Source of the DNA: an uncultured delta proteobacterium
GTDB lineage: Bacteria > Desulfobacterota > Binatia > UBA9968
DNA: 64,000 nt
Assembly: GCA_963745835.1 (NCBI GenBank)
Contig: CAVUZH010000022.1
Span: 160,001 to 224,000 of the forward strand
Direction: 5' to 3'
Both the position numbers and the translations under genes were made by a program. The notes beneath the pieces were generated by a model. It did not search any database. It had not been told where the DNA came from and saw nothing but the letters and a program-made list of their open reading frames with translations. Of this stretch, positions 10,068 through 19,369 are shown piece after piece. The first letter of the stretch is position 1; each line of letters starts with the position of its first letter.

Positions 10068-10928
10068 CTAACTGCTTTCTGTTGGCGAGCGCATTAACCG
10101 CCGAAAGCTTATCGTCGCATCCACCGAATCGCATTCCCTGCGGCGCTCGCGTGTCTTTTGTTCCAGCCACTTCAGTAATGGGCGATTGAGATCGGCTGCG
10201 CGCTCCGCTGCTGAGTATTCTTGGAAGAATCTGATTCGATCTTGTAAGGATATGGATGAGAGAGGCAATCGGTTGAGCTGCACTAAATTGCGCTTCCATA
10301 GAGACTGCGGCAGCCATTTAGGATATCGCCGGGTGCGGTCATTATCCATCAAGACAAACAGTAAATTCCCTGCCGCATTCCGGCAGACAAAGATGTTTGA
10401 AGCCACCAAGTCACCGTGGATAAATCCGAGATCGTGAAAGTGTCGGATGTGTCGAGCCAAAGCTTGCAACGCCGCTCTCTTTTCGATGACGGAAAGCGCC
10501 GCGTTTGTGCGGCCGGTATTCTCCTTTAGAAAGGTCGTCAAAGGCGCTCCATCGATAGCCGCTGTGAGCACGAATGCCGCTTTCAATATGCCGAAATGAC
10601 GTTTCTCGCCCGCCGCAACTGCCGGTGGAACGAGAAACCCGGCGTCGGAAAGCGCCGCACCTTGTTTTAAAAAACGCAGCGCCTTCGAAGCCCGAAACCA
10701 ATCTTTCACCGCGCTCCACCCTGATGCCGAATGATAGACTTTTAGAAAGTAACTCTGCTGTCGGCTTTCAGGCAGGTTCAACTTCAAGGTTTGCGGATGC
10801 CGGCTAGGCACCTGTTTGTGGATATCTGCCAAGATAACCCGCCAGAGCGCCCGGGACCAGCTATCTGAATCAACCGTGAGGCGCCAGCCATCCTCCCTTA
10901 GCTCGCGATATCTCAGCCGATAAAACAA
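10068..10928 (-). CDS. Lipopolysaccharide kinase (Kdo/WaaP/InaA family)
   Basis: YFLKVY, FIHGDLVASNI, LMDNDR, RNLVQLNR. Confidence 0.85.
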   Translation of the reverse strand: MFYRLRYRELREDGWRLTVDSDSWSRALWRVILADIHKQVPSRHPQTLKLNLPESRQQSYFLKVYHSASGWSAVKDWFRASKALRFLKQGAALSDAGFLVPPAVAAGEKRHFGILKAAFVLTAAIDGAPLTTFLKENTGRTNAALSVIEKRAALQALARHIRHFHDLGFIHGDLVASNIFVCRNAAGNLLFVLMDNDRTRRYPKWLPQSLWKRNLVQLNRLPLSSISLQDRIRFFQEYSAAERAADLNRPLLKWLEQKTRERRRECDSVDATISFRRLMRSPTESS

Positions 10929-11027
10929 TGCCGCACCTTCACTGCGTGCGCGTTTGAACCACCAATATTTGCTTGAATCTCATTGGCGCAAATCGAACAT
11001 ACAGCACGATCGGTATGCTCCTCCGAG

Positions 11028-11807
11028 CTACGCTGATTCTCTATCCGCCCCGTGATACCAGGTCACTAACTTCTCCCAATCCGCCGCGGGCAGATATTGT
11101 CGTCGTGGATCGAGCTTCGATACTGAACGTAAAAGGCGCCGCAAATTTTTTTTCGCAAGCGGGTCCGGCAGGCCTCCAACGAACAATACCGCCTTGTCAA
11201 AATCAATAATATAAGCTTTCACCCCGGCGGGCTCTTGCTTTACTAGTATATTCTTAAGATTCAAATCACTGTGGTAAATACCCTCGCGATGCAACGAGCG
11301 CAGGCTGCTAGCCACCGCTCGAAGGACCTTCTCAGGGGTCCCTTTATGAACAAAGCCGTTTTGCAACGCTGTCCACAAATCATAGGAGCCCTTCAACTCT
11401 CGGGTGATGAGCCAGCCGCGGTAGAAGGGCCCGATAATACCCTCCACGCCCGCGCCGTATACCTCGACTGTCGGGACACCCCGGCGACGCAACTCCTCAG
11501 TGATCGCTAATTCTCGGAACGGGCGAGGTGGCCAGGAGAAAAATTTCTTGCCGGTGATCCAGCGAAAAACCCCGCCATGGCGGTAGGCGCGAATGAGAGC
11601 GTTTTCGCCGTTTTTTAAGGTGACACTTCTTAGTGTCTCCCTTCCTGCAAACCGGCTCAATTGACCTGGATGATTGTCTCCCCGGAACATATCAATCTGA
11701 AGTTGATCCGCCACGTCGGCGCGCAGCAGGAAGCGGCGGCGCGGCTCAGCAATTATTCTAGTGAACCCCTCGGCGCCGGCGCCCCAAATTCGTTCGTCGC
11801 TAAACAA
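11028..11807 (-). CDS. kdkA: 3-deoxy-D-manno-octulosonate (Kdo) kinase-like protein
   Basis: RAYRHGG, RPFREL, YHSDLNLKNIL, IIDFDK, NLRRLLRS match KdkA motifs. Confidence 0.75.
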   Translation of the reverse strand: MFSDERIWGAGAEGFTRIIAEPRRRFLLRADVADQLQIDMFRGDNHPGQLSRFAGRETLRSVTLKNGENALIRAYRHGGVFRWITGKKFFSWPPRPFRELAITEELRRRGVPTVEVYGAGVEGIIGPFYRGWLITRELKGSYDLWTALQNGFVHKGTPEKVLRAVASSLRSLHREGIYHSDLNLKNILVKQEPAGVKAYIIDFDKAVLFVGGLPDPLAKKNLRRLLRSVSKLDPRRQYLPAADWEKLVTWYHGADRESA

Positions 11808-11857
11808 CTTGAACCTAAGCCAGCTCTGGTCTTGAGCCAGGGAGGATGAGCAAGGCT

Positions 11858-12955
11858 TTACAAATTGAGATATTGAGGCTCGTGAATGCTGGAACCTGGC
11901 GGCAGCCGGTCGTTAGGATGCAGGATTTGCATGGCTGCTTGAAAGACATCTTCAGACCGAATGAGTTTGATGCAATCTTCCGTTCCCAACGGACAGCGTC
12001 TCCCTCCGTGAGAGCTACAGGGGCGGCAGTGGAGGTCCTTTTGTACGATCACGGCTTTTGAACTGTATGGGTAAAAGCCGAGAGAGGGTGTTGTAGCACA
12101 GAATATCGCAACCACCGGAACACCGCAGGCAACGGCAATATGCATCGGCCCGCTATCGTTCGTGATAAACAGATCACATGCGCTGATCGCCGCGGGCAGA
12201 TCTTGGAGAGCAGTTTTACCGCACAAGTTTGCGACGTCGGTTCCACACAGCGCTTGAATTTGTGCGATTGTCTGGTGATCCTCGGGAGCGCCGAAAAGAA
12301 CAATTTCGCAATCTACACCCTGCTTCAGTTTTCGGATTAATTGGGCGAACAGATCGGGTGACCAACGTTTTGTAGGCCAAACAGAACCGGCATTGATCCC
12401 TATGATTTTTTTGTTTAGATCAACGCCGGCGGATTCAAACAACCGTCTACTCTGCTTTCTGCTGGCTTCGGGCACGGGGAGATTGATGGCCGGCTGGCAC
12501 GTCTCCGTAGTGATTCCCAAAGCCTCCAGGATGGAAAGATTTCTTTCGACATCATGACGCAGAGGGTCCCGATTGGCCAAAGCGTGGAACAAGAATGCTC
12601 CCTTACTCTGCCGGAAACCCACACGCCGGGGAATTCTGGCTAGGAACAACAACAAGGCGCTACGCAATGACTTGTGCGGAGAAATGGCAAGCGTGAATTT
12701 TTTTTGTTCGAGAGCTCTGGCTTTACGCCATAACCCCAAGATACCGGCGTCCTGGCGTCGTTTATCATCGACCATGACTTCATCGATGGCCTCGTGCGAT
12801 CTCAACAACTCCGCTGCAGCGGGTGCACAAAGCAAAGTCAGCTTTCCGGCGGGATAGCGCCGCTTGATTTCCGACAGCAACGGCAAAGTTAGAACCGTAT
12901 CGCCGAGAAAGCTGGTTTGAACAACCAGAACGTTTTCCCAATCGGCGGGAATCAT
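11858..12955 (-). CDS. waaF: ADP-heptose:LPS heptosyltransferase (GT9, WaaF-like)
   Basis: TSFLGDTVL, PHKSLRSA, GSVWPTKRW, TNDSGPMHIA, CRPC...C motif. Confidence 0.85.
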   Translation of the reverse strand: MIPADWENVLVVQTSFLGDTVLTLPLLSEIKRRYPAGKLTLLCAPAAAELLRSHEAIDEVMVDDKRRQDAGILGLWRKARALEQKKFTLAISPHKSLRSALLLFLARIPRRVGFRQSKGAFLFHALANRDPLRHDVERNLSILEALGITTETCQPAINLPVPEASRKQSRRLFESAGVDLNKKIIGINAGSVWPTKRWSPDLFAQLIRKLKQGVDCEIVLFGAPEDHQTIAQIQALCGTDVANLCGKTALQDLPAAISACDLFITNDSGPMHIAVACGVPVVAIFCATTPSLGFYPYSSKAVIVQKDLHCRPCSSHGGRRCPLGTEDCIKLIRSEDVFQAAMQILHPNDRLPPGSSIHEPQYLNL

Positions 12956-13123
12956 TCAAATATGCTCGGCTTCGTCAATGAGCATGATGGGAATATCATC
13001 CTTTATCGGATACATGAGACGACACGCGTCGCAGATAAGCCCATCGCCGCGATCATTTAGATGAATATCGCCCTTGCACTTCGGACACGCCAAAATATCG
13101 AGCAGCTCTTTGCTGATCGGCAT
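12956..13123 (-). CDS. Trm112 family (YcaR-like) small Zn-finger protein, 55 aa
   Basis: Manual translation: MPISKELLDILACPKCKGDIHLNDRGDGLICDACRLMYPIKDDIPIMLIDEAEHI. Below the ORF-track cutoff; the stop abuts the waaF ATG. Confidence 0.93.
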   Translation of the reverse strand: MPISKELLDILACPKCKGDIHLNDRGDGLICDACRLMYPIKDDIPIMLIDEAEHI

Positions 13124-13192
13124 AATTCCCCCTAGCTGGCTATTTTTCTAATGAACGTCAAACACGTGCAAACCCCGTCTAAGCTCCATCGA

Positions 13193-14053
13193 TCATGGGC
13201 GAAACGGTATCAGGGCATCCCGGCCTCGGCGATAATTGCGCTGGCTCTGTGCCGGGTCGCGATTGACGAAATGGCGGCTGAACATAGGATGATGCAGGCT
13301 TCGAACCTCATGCTCCAGAAGAAACACAGTCCGGCCGCTATCGGCTTCGATAATCGATTGGAACCTAAACTGGTGATTGCGCACATCTTCCGATATCAAC
13401 TGATGGCTTTTGAGAAAATTATACGCCCGTGAAAAGTTTGCCACGTAGATCGCAATATGGTGGCCATCGTAAGGAGGGATCGATTCTTTCGACTCCCGGA
13501 AACGCAGCGATTGATTACGCCCAATATTCACATGCGCCACATGATGGTCCGAATCAGTTTGGACGGTAGCGGGCGCGGCGAGTACGTTCTGGTAGAAATT
13601 CGCGATTGCCGTTGCAGTTCCTTCGGGCACGTTGAAATCGACGGCGGCAAGTCCCTGCGCCATATCACCAAAGGCCGGGCCGCTCTCGTAACAGCGAAAC
13701 CGGTTGCCCCAAGGACAGGTGACGGCAACGTAATCCTGGTTGCTCGACCATGAAAATTGCGTATCTTTGAGCGCTGCTTCAACTGACGAAAGCCGTTCTC
13801 CGAGCGCTTCGAGATCCGGCATGACGAGATCGATATAACCCGAGATTTTTTGCGCAGATCTGGTCGGCAAATGGAACTGCTGTTCGCCTACGTTAGCCCA
13901 CATATTGCCGAGGCCAACGTTCAGATAAGGATCACGGGTCAATCCAAGGCCGACAATATAGAAAAGCATCGCCATAGGTTGGTCCGGCACCTGGAGATTG
14001 ACGTGCTCCAGCAATACGATATTGCCGACATCTTCCTCAGAGTAATCAAGCAT
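13193..14053 (-). CDS. VOC/glyoxalase superfamily protein
   Basis: LEHVNL, FYIVGLGL, QQFHLP, CPWGNRF, GHHIAIYV. Start chosen at the ATG preceded by AGGAG. Confidence 0.75.
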   Translation of the reverse strand: MLDYSEEDVGNIVLLEHVNLQVPDQPMAMLFYIVGLGLTRDPYLNVGLGNMWANVGEQQFHLPTRSAQKISGYIDLVMPDLEALGERLSSVEAALKDTQFSWSSNQDYVAVTCPWGNRFRCYESGPAFGDMAQGLAAVDFNVPEGTATAIANFYQNVLAAPATVQTDSDHHVAHVNIGRNQSLRFRESKESIPPYDGHHIAIYVANFSRAYNFLKSHQLISEDVRNHQFRFQSIIEADSGRTVFLLEHEVRSLHHPMFSRHFVNRDPAQSQRNYRRGRDALIPFRP

Positions 14054-14112
14054 ACTGCTCTCCTGTTGATTATGCTTCATAACGCGACTTGGTGGACACG
14101 GGGACCATCCTA

Positions 14113-15054
14113 TCAACCGTCAAGCCTCTGAATCCAGTGCCATTGCTGGCTTAATCCTTCTTCCAAACTAATTTGGGGACGATAGCGTAACTTCTCAGCG
14201 GCCGCATCAAGCCGCGCTCGGGTGTGCCGTACATCCCCTTTTTGCCGTTCAAAGGTCTTTAGCTTTGCCTTGCGGCCGGATATTTTTTCGACAATATGGA
14301 TCGCGTTGAGAACGGAGCTCTCAGTACCGCCGCCAAGATTGAACACTTCGCCCGCGCCCGGATAAACCGCCGCTCCTAAAAGTCCATCAACGATGTCGGC
14401 GCAATAAGTAAAATCCCGGGTTTGCTCGCCGTCGTCATAAAGGGGAACTTCCTCATTCTTGCGCAGACGATCCATGAAAATGTGAAAGAACATGTCCGGC
14501 CTTTGCCTCGGCCCATACACGGTAAAGAATCGCAGAGATACTGTTGGGAGGCCGTAAGCTTTCCAGTAGAGATAGCAAAGGTGTTCCGCCGCCAACTTGC
14601 TGACGCCGTAGGGCGATACCGGCCGGGTATTACCTTCTTCGCGCATGGGCAGGTCGTTAGTATCGCCGTAAACCGAGGAAGAAGAGGCGTAAACAATCTT
14701 TTTGACGCCAGATTCTTTACCGGCTTCTAGAAGTAGCTGAGTCGCCATAATGTTGTTCTGACTATACTGGATGAATTCATCACCCCAACTGGAGCGAACT
14801 CCGGGTTGCGCCGCTAAATGAAAGACATAGGAGGCATCCTTCAAAAGCCCCCTCAGATTTACCTGTAGCAGATCTTCCTCGAGAAATTTGAACTTCGGGT
14901 TTTTCAAAAGTGCCCCAATGTTCTTCTGTTTGAATCGACGGGGGTAGTTATCCAAAAACTTGTCGACTCCGACAACGTCATATTTTTCGCTGAGGAGTTT
15001 CTCCGCCAAATGGGAACCGACAAAGCCGGCAACACCTGTGACTAGCACTTTCAT
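14113..15054 (-). CDS. NAD-dependent nucleotide-sugar epimerase/dehydratase (UDP-glucuronate 4-epimerase-like)
   Basis: VTGVAGFVGSH, HLAAQPGVR, ASSSSVYG, SPYGVSK, RFFTVYGPRQRPDM. A GGAGG RBS precedes ATG 15054. Confidence 0.9.
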   Translation of the reverse strand: MKVLVTGVAGFVGSHLAEKLLSEKYDVVGVDKFLDNYPRRFKQKNIGALLKNPKFKFLEEDLLQVNLRGLLKDASYVFHLAAQPGVRSSWGDEFIQYSQNNIMATQLLLEAGKESGVKKIVYASSSSVYGDTNDLPMREEGNTRPVSPYGVSKLAAEHLCYLYWKAYGLPTVSLRFFTVYGPRQRPDMFFHIFMDRLRKNEEVPLYDDGEQTRDFTYCADIVDGLLGAAVYPGAGEVFNLGGGTESSVLNAIHIVEKISGRKAKLKTFERQKGDVRHTRARLDAAAEKLRYRPQISLEEGLSQQWHWIQRLDG

Positions 15055-15134
15055 GTTAAGCCTCCTGCTATCTGAATGACTCGATGCTCGCGGCAGCTCG
15101 CCCGTCCGTTCGGCAGTGCCTGGTCGATCAAGCA

Positions 15135-16262
15135 TTACACCGACAGCGCTGGACTGCGATTACGTTCGTCTTCGTTCTGAAGGCCGTGGTTACGGATAGT
15201 GCCGATGACGAGATCGAGTAAATCTTCTTCCTGCGCCACCGCCATCGATACACGCAGCGCCAACAACTTACCCCGCGCAAAAGGGAAGCGCATCAACTTC
15301 AGAATATCCTTTTCGGTGGTCACGATAAGATCGACATCGCGCGCGATCCGATTGATCTGTTGCCAGTCCGCAGCCGAGTAGTCGTGATGGTCCGGGTATT
15401 CTAATGTGTCGACGATGTCGCCATCATACTCGTGTATCGTTTGATAGAAGTTTGCCGGCTTTGCGATTCCGGCGACCGCCAGAATTTTACTGCGGTAGAG
15501 CAGCGTAAGGGGGTATTCTTTACGCTGTTCGGATTCGAAGCCGATCAGCGCCTGCGGCTGAAGCATCGCTTGGAAAGACGGACGCCCTCCGTTCGCCTGA
15601 ATCCATCTCTGCCAGCGTTCAGCAGCCCCGGTAACCAAAAAACAGTCGGCCCGTCTCAGAGAGCGGCTCGGTTCACGGAACGGACCGCAAGGCAACAGCC
15701 ATCCCGGGACATCCTCCCCTAGCAGCACCAGATCGAAATCGCGCTTTAATTTCCGGTGCTGAAACCCGTCATCCAGGATAATCACATCCATGTTTTTTTT
15801 CGCCAATAGCTCCAGGCCGGCCTGGTATCGATTCTTGGCCACGCTTACAGTTAACCCATAAATGCGCGCCATCATGACCGGCTCATCGCCGGCAGCGACC
15901 GCTTCAGAGCCATCGATGGTGGTCGATGACATGCTATCATCCCCCGATAAAATGACCGATCCTGAGCCCTTCCGCTTATAGCCGCGGCTGAGAATACCCA
16001 CTTTATATCCGCGTTCCATCAAGCGTCGCGCCAACCACAACGTCGCCGGAGTTTTTCCGGTCCCGCCAACCGATAGGTTGCCGATGCTGATTATTGGACA
16101 GTCCAGTGCGTGAACTCGAGCGCACTTCCATTGATATAAAAAATTGCGGAATGCTACGGCGAACCGATAGGCCCACGAGGCGGGCAAAAGCAAGAGCCAC
16201 AGAAGTTTGCCCGATGCTCCTCTTCGTTGCCAAACGCGCTGAATGCCAACGCTTCTCATCAA
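15135..16262 (-). CDS. lpxK: Tetraacyldisaccharide 4'-kinase
   Basis: GNLSVGGTGKTP, SRGY, GDEP, LDDGFQH, LLPCGPFRE, YPDHH, TTEKD. Confidence 0.96.
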   Translation of the reverse strand: MMRSVGIQRVWQRRGASGKLLWLLLLPASWAYRFAVAFRNFLYQWKCARVHALDCPIISIGNLSVGGTGKTPATLWLARRLMERGYKVGILSRGYKRKGSGSVILSGDDSMSSTTIDGSEAVAAGDEPVMMARIYGLTVSVAKNRYQAGLELLAKKNMDVIILDDGFQHRKLKRDFDLVLLGEDVPGWLLPCGPFREPSRSLRRADCFLVTGAAERWQRWIQANGGRPSFQAMLQPQALIGFESEQRKEYPLTLLYRSKILAVAGIAKPANFYQTIHEYDGDIVDTLEYPDHHDYSAADWQQINRIARDVDLIVTTEKDILKLMRFPFARGKLLALRVSMAVAQEEDLLDLVIGTIRNHGLQNEDERNRSPALSV

Positions 16263-16294
16263 GACTCTAAACGTGTATGGCGACGGCCGACCAA

Positions 16295-17584
16295 CTAGGT
16301 AGCGGCGGACGCGGGGAGATAGCTGGCGACAATGTTCAAGCTTTGATCGATCACGGTGTCATCTATGACAGCGACTTCATACGCCTTATCACCAGCTAGC
16401 CGGCGTTTTTGCGGATCCGACAGCAGTCCGGTTATTTCACGCACTAAATCTTCGGCGTCTCGTACTTCAAAGCCGCCGCCATTTTGTTTCAGCTTCCGCG
16501 CCAGCAACCCCACATTCGAAGTATAGGGACCGAAGAGAACGGGTTTGCGCAAGCGAGCCGGTTCCAAAAGATTATGCCCCCCTGCAGCTACCAGGCTGCC
16601 GCCGACAAATGCCAAATCGGCGTCGGCATAAAAACGTTCCAAGTCGCCGATGGTGTCCAAAAACAGGACATCGTGTTGGAACTCGCGCTTAGTTCCGATG
16701 CTACTTTTCTTTTCAAATGAGACTCCGCTGGTAGCCAACAGTTTTTCCACTTCGGCGAAACGTTGCGGATGACGTGGCGCTAGAATCATGCGCAGCCGCG
16801 GGAATTGCCGCTTCAGGGTTTTGAACGCCGCACAGACAATCTCTTCCTCCCCTCGATGCGAACTACCTACGACCCAAATCCAGCTGCTGGCAGGCCTTTG
16901 CTCGCAGATATCGTCCCGCGCAGTTCCGTCATTCACCACAGCGGCATCCTTTAGGTTGCCAGTGATCGAGACCCGGCTGGGCGCTGCTCCCAACCTGATG
17001 ATCCGCTGCCGATCGATTTCCGACTGCATGCCACAGGCTCTTAACAATCGAAACACTTTTTTGAAGAACCACCCGAACCGGCAGTAATTATTATATCCCT
17101 TCTCGGAAACGCGCCCACTCAGAAGAATGGTCGGTAACCCTTTGCGATGAGCTTGACGCAACAAATTGGGCCAGATTTCAGTCTCGATAAAAATCAACAC
17201 AGCTGGGTCGAAAACAGCCAGTGCTCGTCGCACCGTCCACCAAAGGTCTAAGGGCAAATAAATAACTCGATCAATCGCTGGATTTTGACGCGCGGTCAGG
17301 TTTCCCGTATGCGTCAAAGTGGATAGGATGATAGCACGATCAGGAAAGCGCCGCCTAAGTTGTTCGCTCAACGCGCGCACGGACCTGACCTCCCCGACCG
17401 AAGCCGCGTGTATCCAGAGCGGTCGCTGAGCCTTGGACAAAACTGCACTGTCGATCGAATACCACCCTAGTCTCTGCCCGAACCCAGCCCGGAAGCGTTC
17501 TCCTCCCAACACCAGCAGTGGAAGAACTGGCAAGGCGACCAAGAAAGACAGTGTAATAAACACATTGTAAATTATATAGCCCAT
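16295..17584 (-). CDS. waaA: Kdo transferase
   Basis: WIHAASVGE, ETEIWPN, GNLK, APRHPQR, GGSLV..GGHNLLEP. Confidence 0.96.
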   Translation of the reverse strand: MGYIIYNVFITLSFLVALPVLPLLVLGGERFRAGFGQRLGWYSIDSAVLSKAQRPLWIHAASVGEVRSVRALSEQLRRRFPDRAIILSTLTHTGNLTARQNPAIDRVIYLPLDLWWTVRRALAVFDPAVLIFIETEIWPNLLRQAHRKGLPTILLSGRVSEKGYNNYCRFGWFFKKVFRLLRACGMQSEIDRQRIIRLGAAPSRVSITGNLKDAAVVNDGTARDDICEQRPASSWIWVVGSSHRGEEEIVCAAFKTLKRQFPRLRMILAPRHPQRFAEVEKLLATSGVSFEKKSSIGTKREFQHDVLFLDTIGDLERFYADADLAFVGGSLVAAGGHNLLEPARLRKPVLFGPYTSNVGLLARKLKQNGGGFEVRDAEDLVREITGLLSDPQKRRLAGDKAYEVAVIDDTVIDQSLNIVASYLPASAAT

Positions 17585-17598
17585 CGCTCGACGATAGT

Positions 17599-19353
17599 TC
17601 AGTGCATGATCTTTGCTTCGACCGGTTGGACATCTTCGAGCAACTGCATACTGTAGAGGCGGCTGTATTCCTGCTTGCGCGCCATCAGTTCCTCGTGACG
17701 ACCTTGTTCAGCGATTTTTCCGCCAACCAAAACCACGATCCGGTCCGCGCGACGAATCGTCGACAGCCGGTGAGCCACCACTACTGTGGTCCGTCGGTTC
17801 ATAAGGTTATCGAGAGCATTTTGCACCGATCGTTCTGATTGGGCGTCGAGAGCCGAAGTCGCCTCGTCGAGAATGAGAATAGGCGCGTCTTTCAAGAGTG
17901 CCCTCGCAATCGCGAGCCGCTGCCTTTGACCGCCGGAAAGTTGCAGCCCCATTTCGCCGATGTCGGTATCATAGCCCCTGGGCAACGACATGATGAAATC
18001 ATGGGCATAGGCCGCCTTGGCAGCGGCCATGATATCATCCATGCTGCGCTCCGGATCGCCATAACTGATGTTGTTGCGTATCGTGTCGTTAAACAGAAAG
18101 GTATGCTGACTTACCAGACCGATTTGCTGCCGCAACGTTCGCAACGTGAGATCTCGGACATCGATGTTGTCCATAGTAATGGCGCCGGCCGTAACATCGT
18201 AAAAGCGCGGAATCAGGTCGGCCATAGTGCTTTTGCCAACACCGCTAACCCCGACGAGCGCGACCATTTCACCGGCGCAAATACGCAGGTTGATATCCTT
18301 TAAGACCAGCTTTTCACCGTAACCGAAACTCACATCATGAAATTCGATGGATTCCGTGAACCTCTGAGCCGCTCGGGCGCCGGGACGTTCCTGCACATCG
18401 GAATGCGTATCCAAGATTTCGAAGACTCTTTCCGCCCCGGCAATCCCTTGCTGAACCGCCGCGTAGGTTCTGGCAAGAGATTTAAACGGCTGGTACATGA
18501 GCATCATTGCGGCCATGAAGGCCATGAACTCGCCTTGCGTTCGACCACCGCCGATGACGCTCGAACCCCCGTACCAGACAACTCCGGCAATCCCGAAGGA
18601 AGCCAAAAATTCCATCGTTGGAGTGACCACCGCCTTGATTCGGCTTGCCCGAACCGATTGCTTGAAAAGACGAAAGTTCTCCACCGTAAAACGTTTGATT
18701 TCATACTCTTCCATGCCAAACGCCTTAACGATGCGATTGCCTTGGACGCTTTCCTGCAAGAGCGCGGTTAGATTACCCGTGCTGATCTGTCCGCGTTTGG
18801 TAAACCGCTTGATTTTCCTGCTCATGCGCATCACCGGCAGAACCGAGGCGGGAAATACAAAAAACGCGATCGAGGCTAAAACCCAATCCTGATAAAAAGC
18901 AACGCCGATCAGCACGATCACTGAGAGACTGTCTCGCACCAGCGAGGCCAGTGCATCCGTAAGCACGGCACGCAAGAGAGTGACGTCATTGCCCACCCGC
19001 GAGAGAAGTGTTCCCGTTGGGTGCCGGTAAAAAAAAGCCAATGACAGATACTGCAGATGGCAATTGAGCCGGTTGCGCACGTCATTGATAATGCGCAGTC
19101 CAACATAATCACTGAAATAATGCTGGCCAAAGTTGAGCAGACCGCGCGCGCTAAAGACGACAATAATGGCTAAAGGAACATAGCGCAGCATGTTCGGATC
19201 TTTTTTTTGGAAAAGATCATCGAACACACTCCGCACCAGGAATGGGATTACGCCGTCCGTGGCGCTATAGCCAAGCATGCAAACAATGCCCAATGCGAAG
19301 TAGGGCCAAATATACGGCTTCAAAAAGGGCAGTAAGCGTCGATAGGTTTTCAC
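17599..19353 (-). CDS. msbA: Lipid A export ABC transporter
   Basis: Transmembrane domain plus NBD (GVSGVGKS, LSGGQRQR, LILDEATSALD), located between lpxB and waaA. Confidence 0.93.
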   Translation of the reverse strand: MKTYRRLLPFLKPYIWPYFALGIVCMLGYSATDGVIPFLVRSVFDDLFQKKDPNMLRYVPLAIIVVFSARGLLNFGQHYFSDYVGLRIINDVRNRLNCHLQYLSLAFFYRHPTGTLLSRVGNDVTLLRAVLTDALASLVRDSLSVIVLIGVAFYQDWVLASIAFFVFPASVLPVMRMSRKIKRFTKRGQISTGNLTALLQESVQGNRIVKAFGMEEYEIKRFTVENFRLFKQSVRASRIKAVVTPTMEFLASFGIAGVVWYGGSSVIGGGRTQGEFMAFMAAMMLMYQPFKSLARTYAAVQQGIAGAERVFEILDTHSDVQERPGARAAQRFTESIEFHDVSFGYGEKLVLKDINLRICAGEMVALVGVSGVGKSTMADLIPRFYDVTAGAITMDNIDVRDLTLRTLRQQIGLVSQHTFLFNDTIRNNISYGDPERSMDDIMAAAKAAYAHDFIMSLPRGYDTDIGEMGLQLSGGQRQRLAIARALLKDAPILILDEATSALDAQSERSVQNALDNLMNRRTTVVVAHRLSTIRRADRIVVLVGGKIAEQGRHEELMARKQEYSRLYSMQLLEDVQPVEAKIMH

Positions 19354-19369
19354 GCGAGTCTTAATCTAA

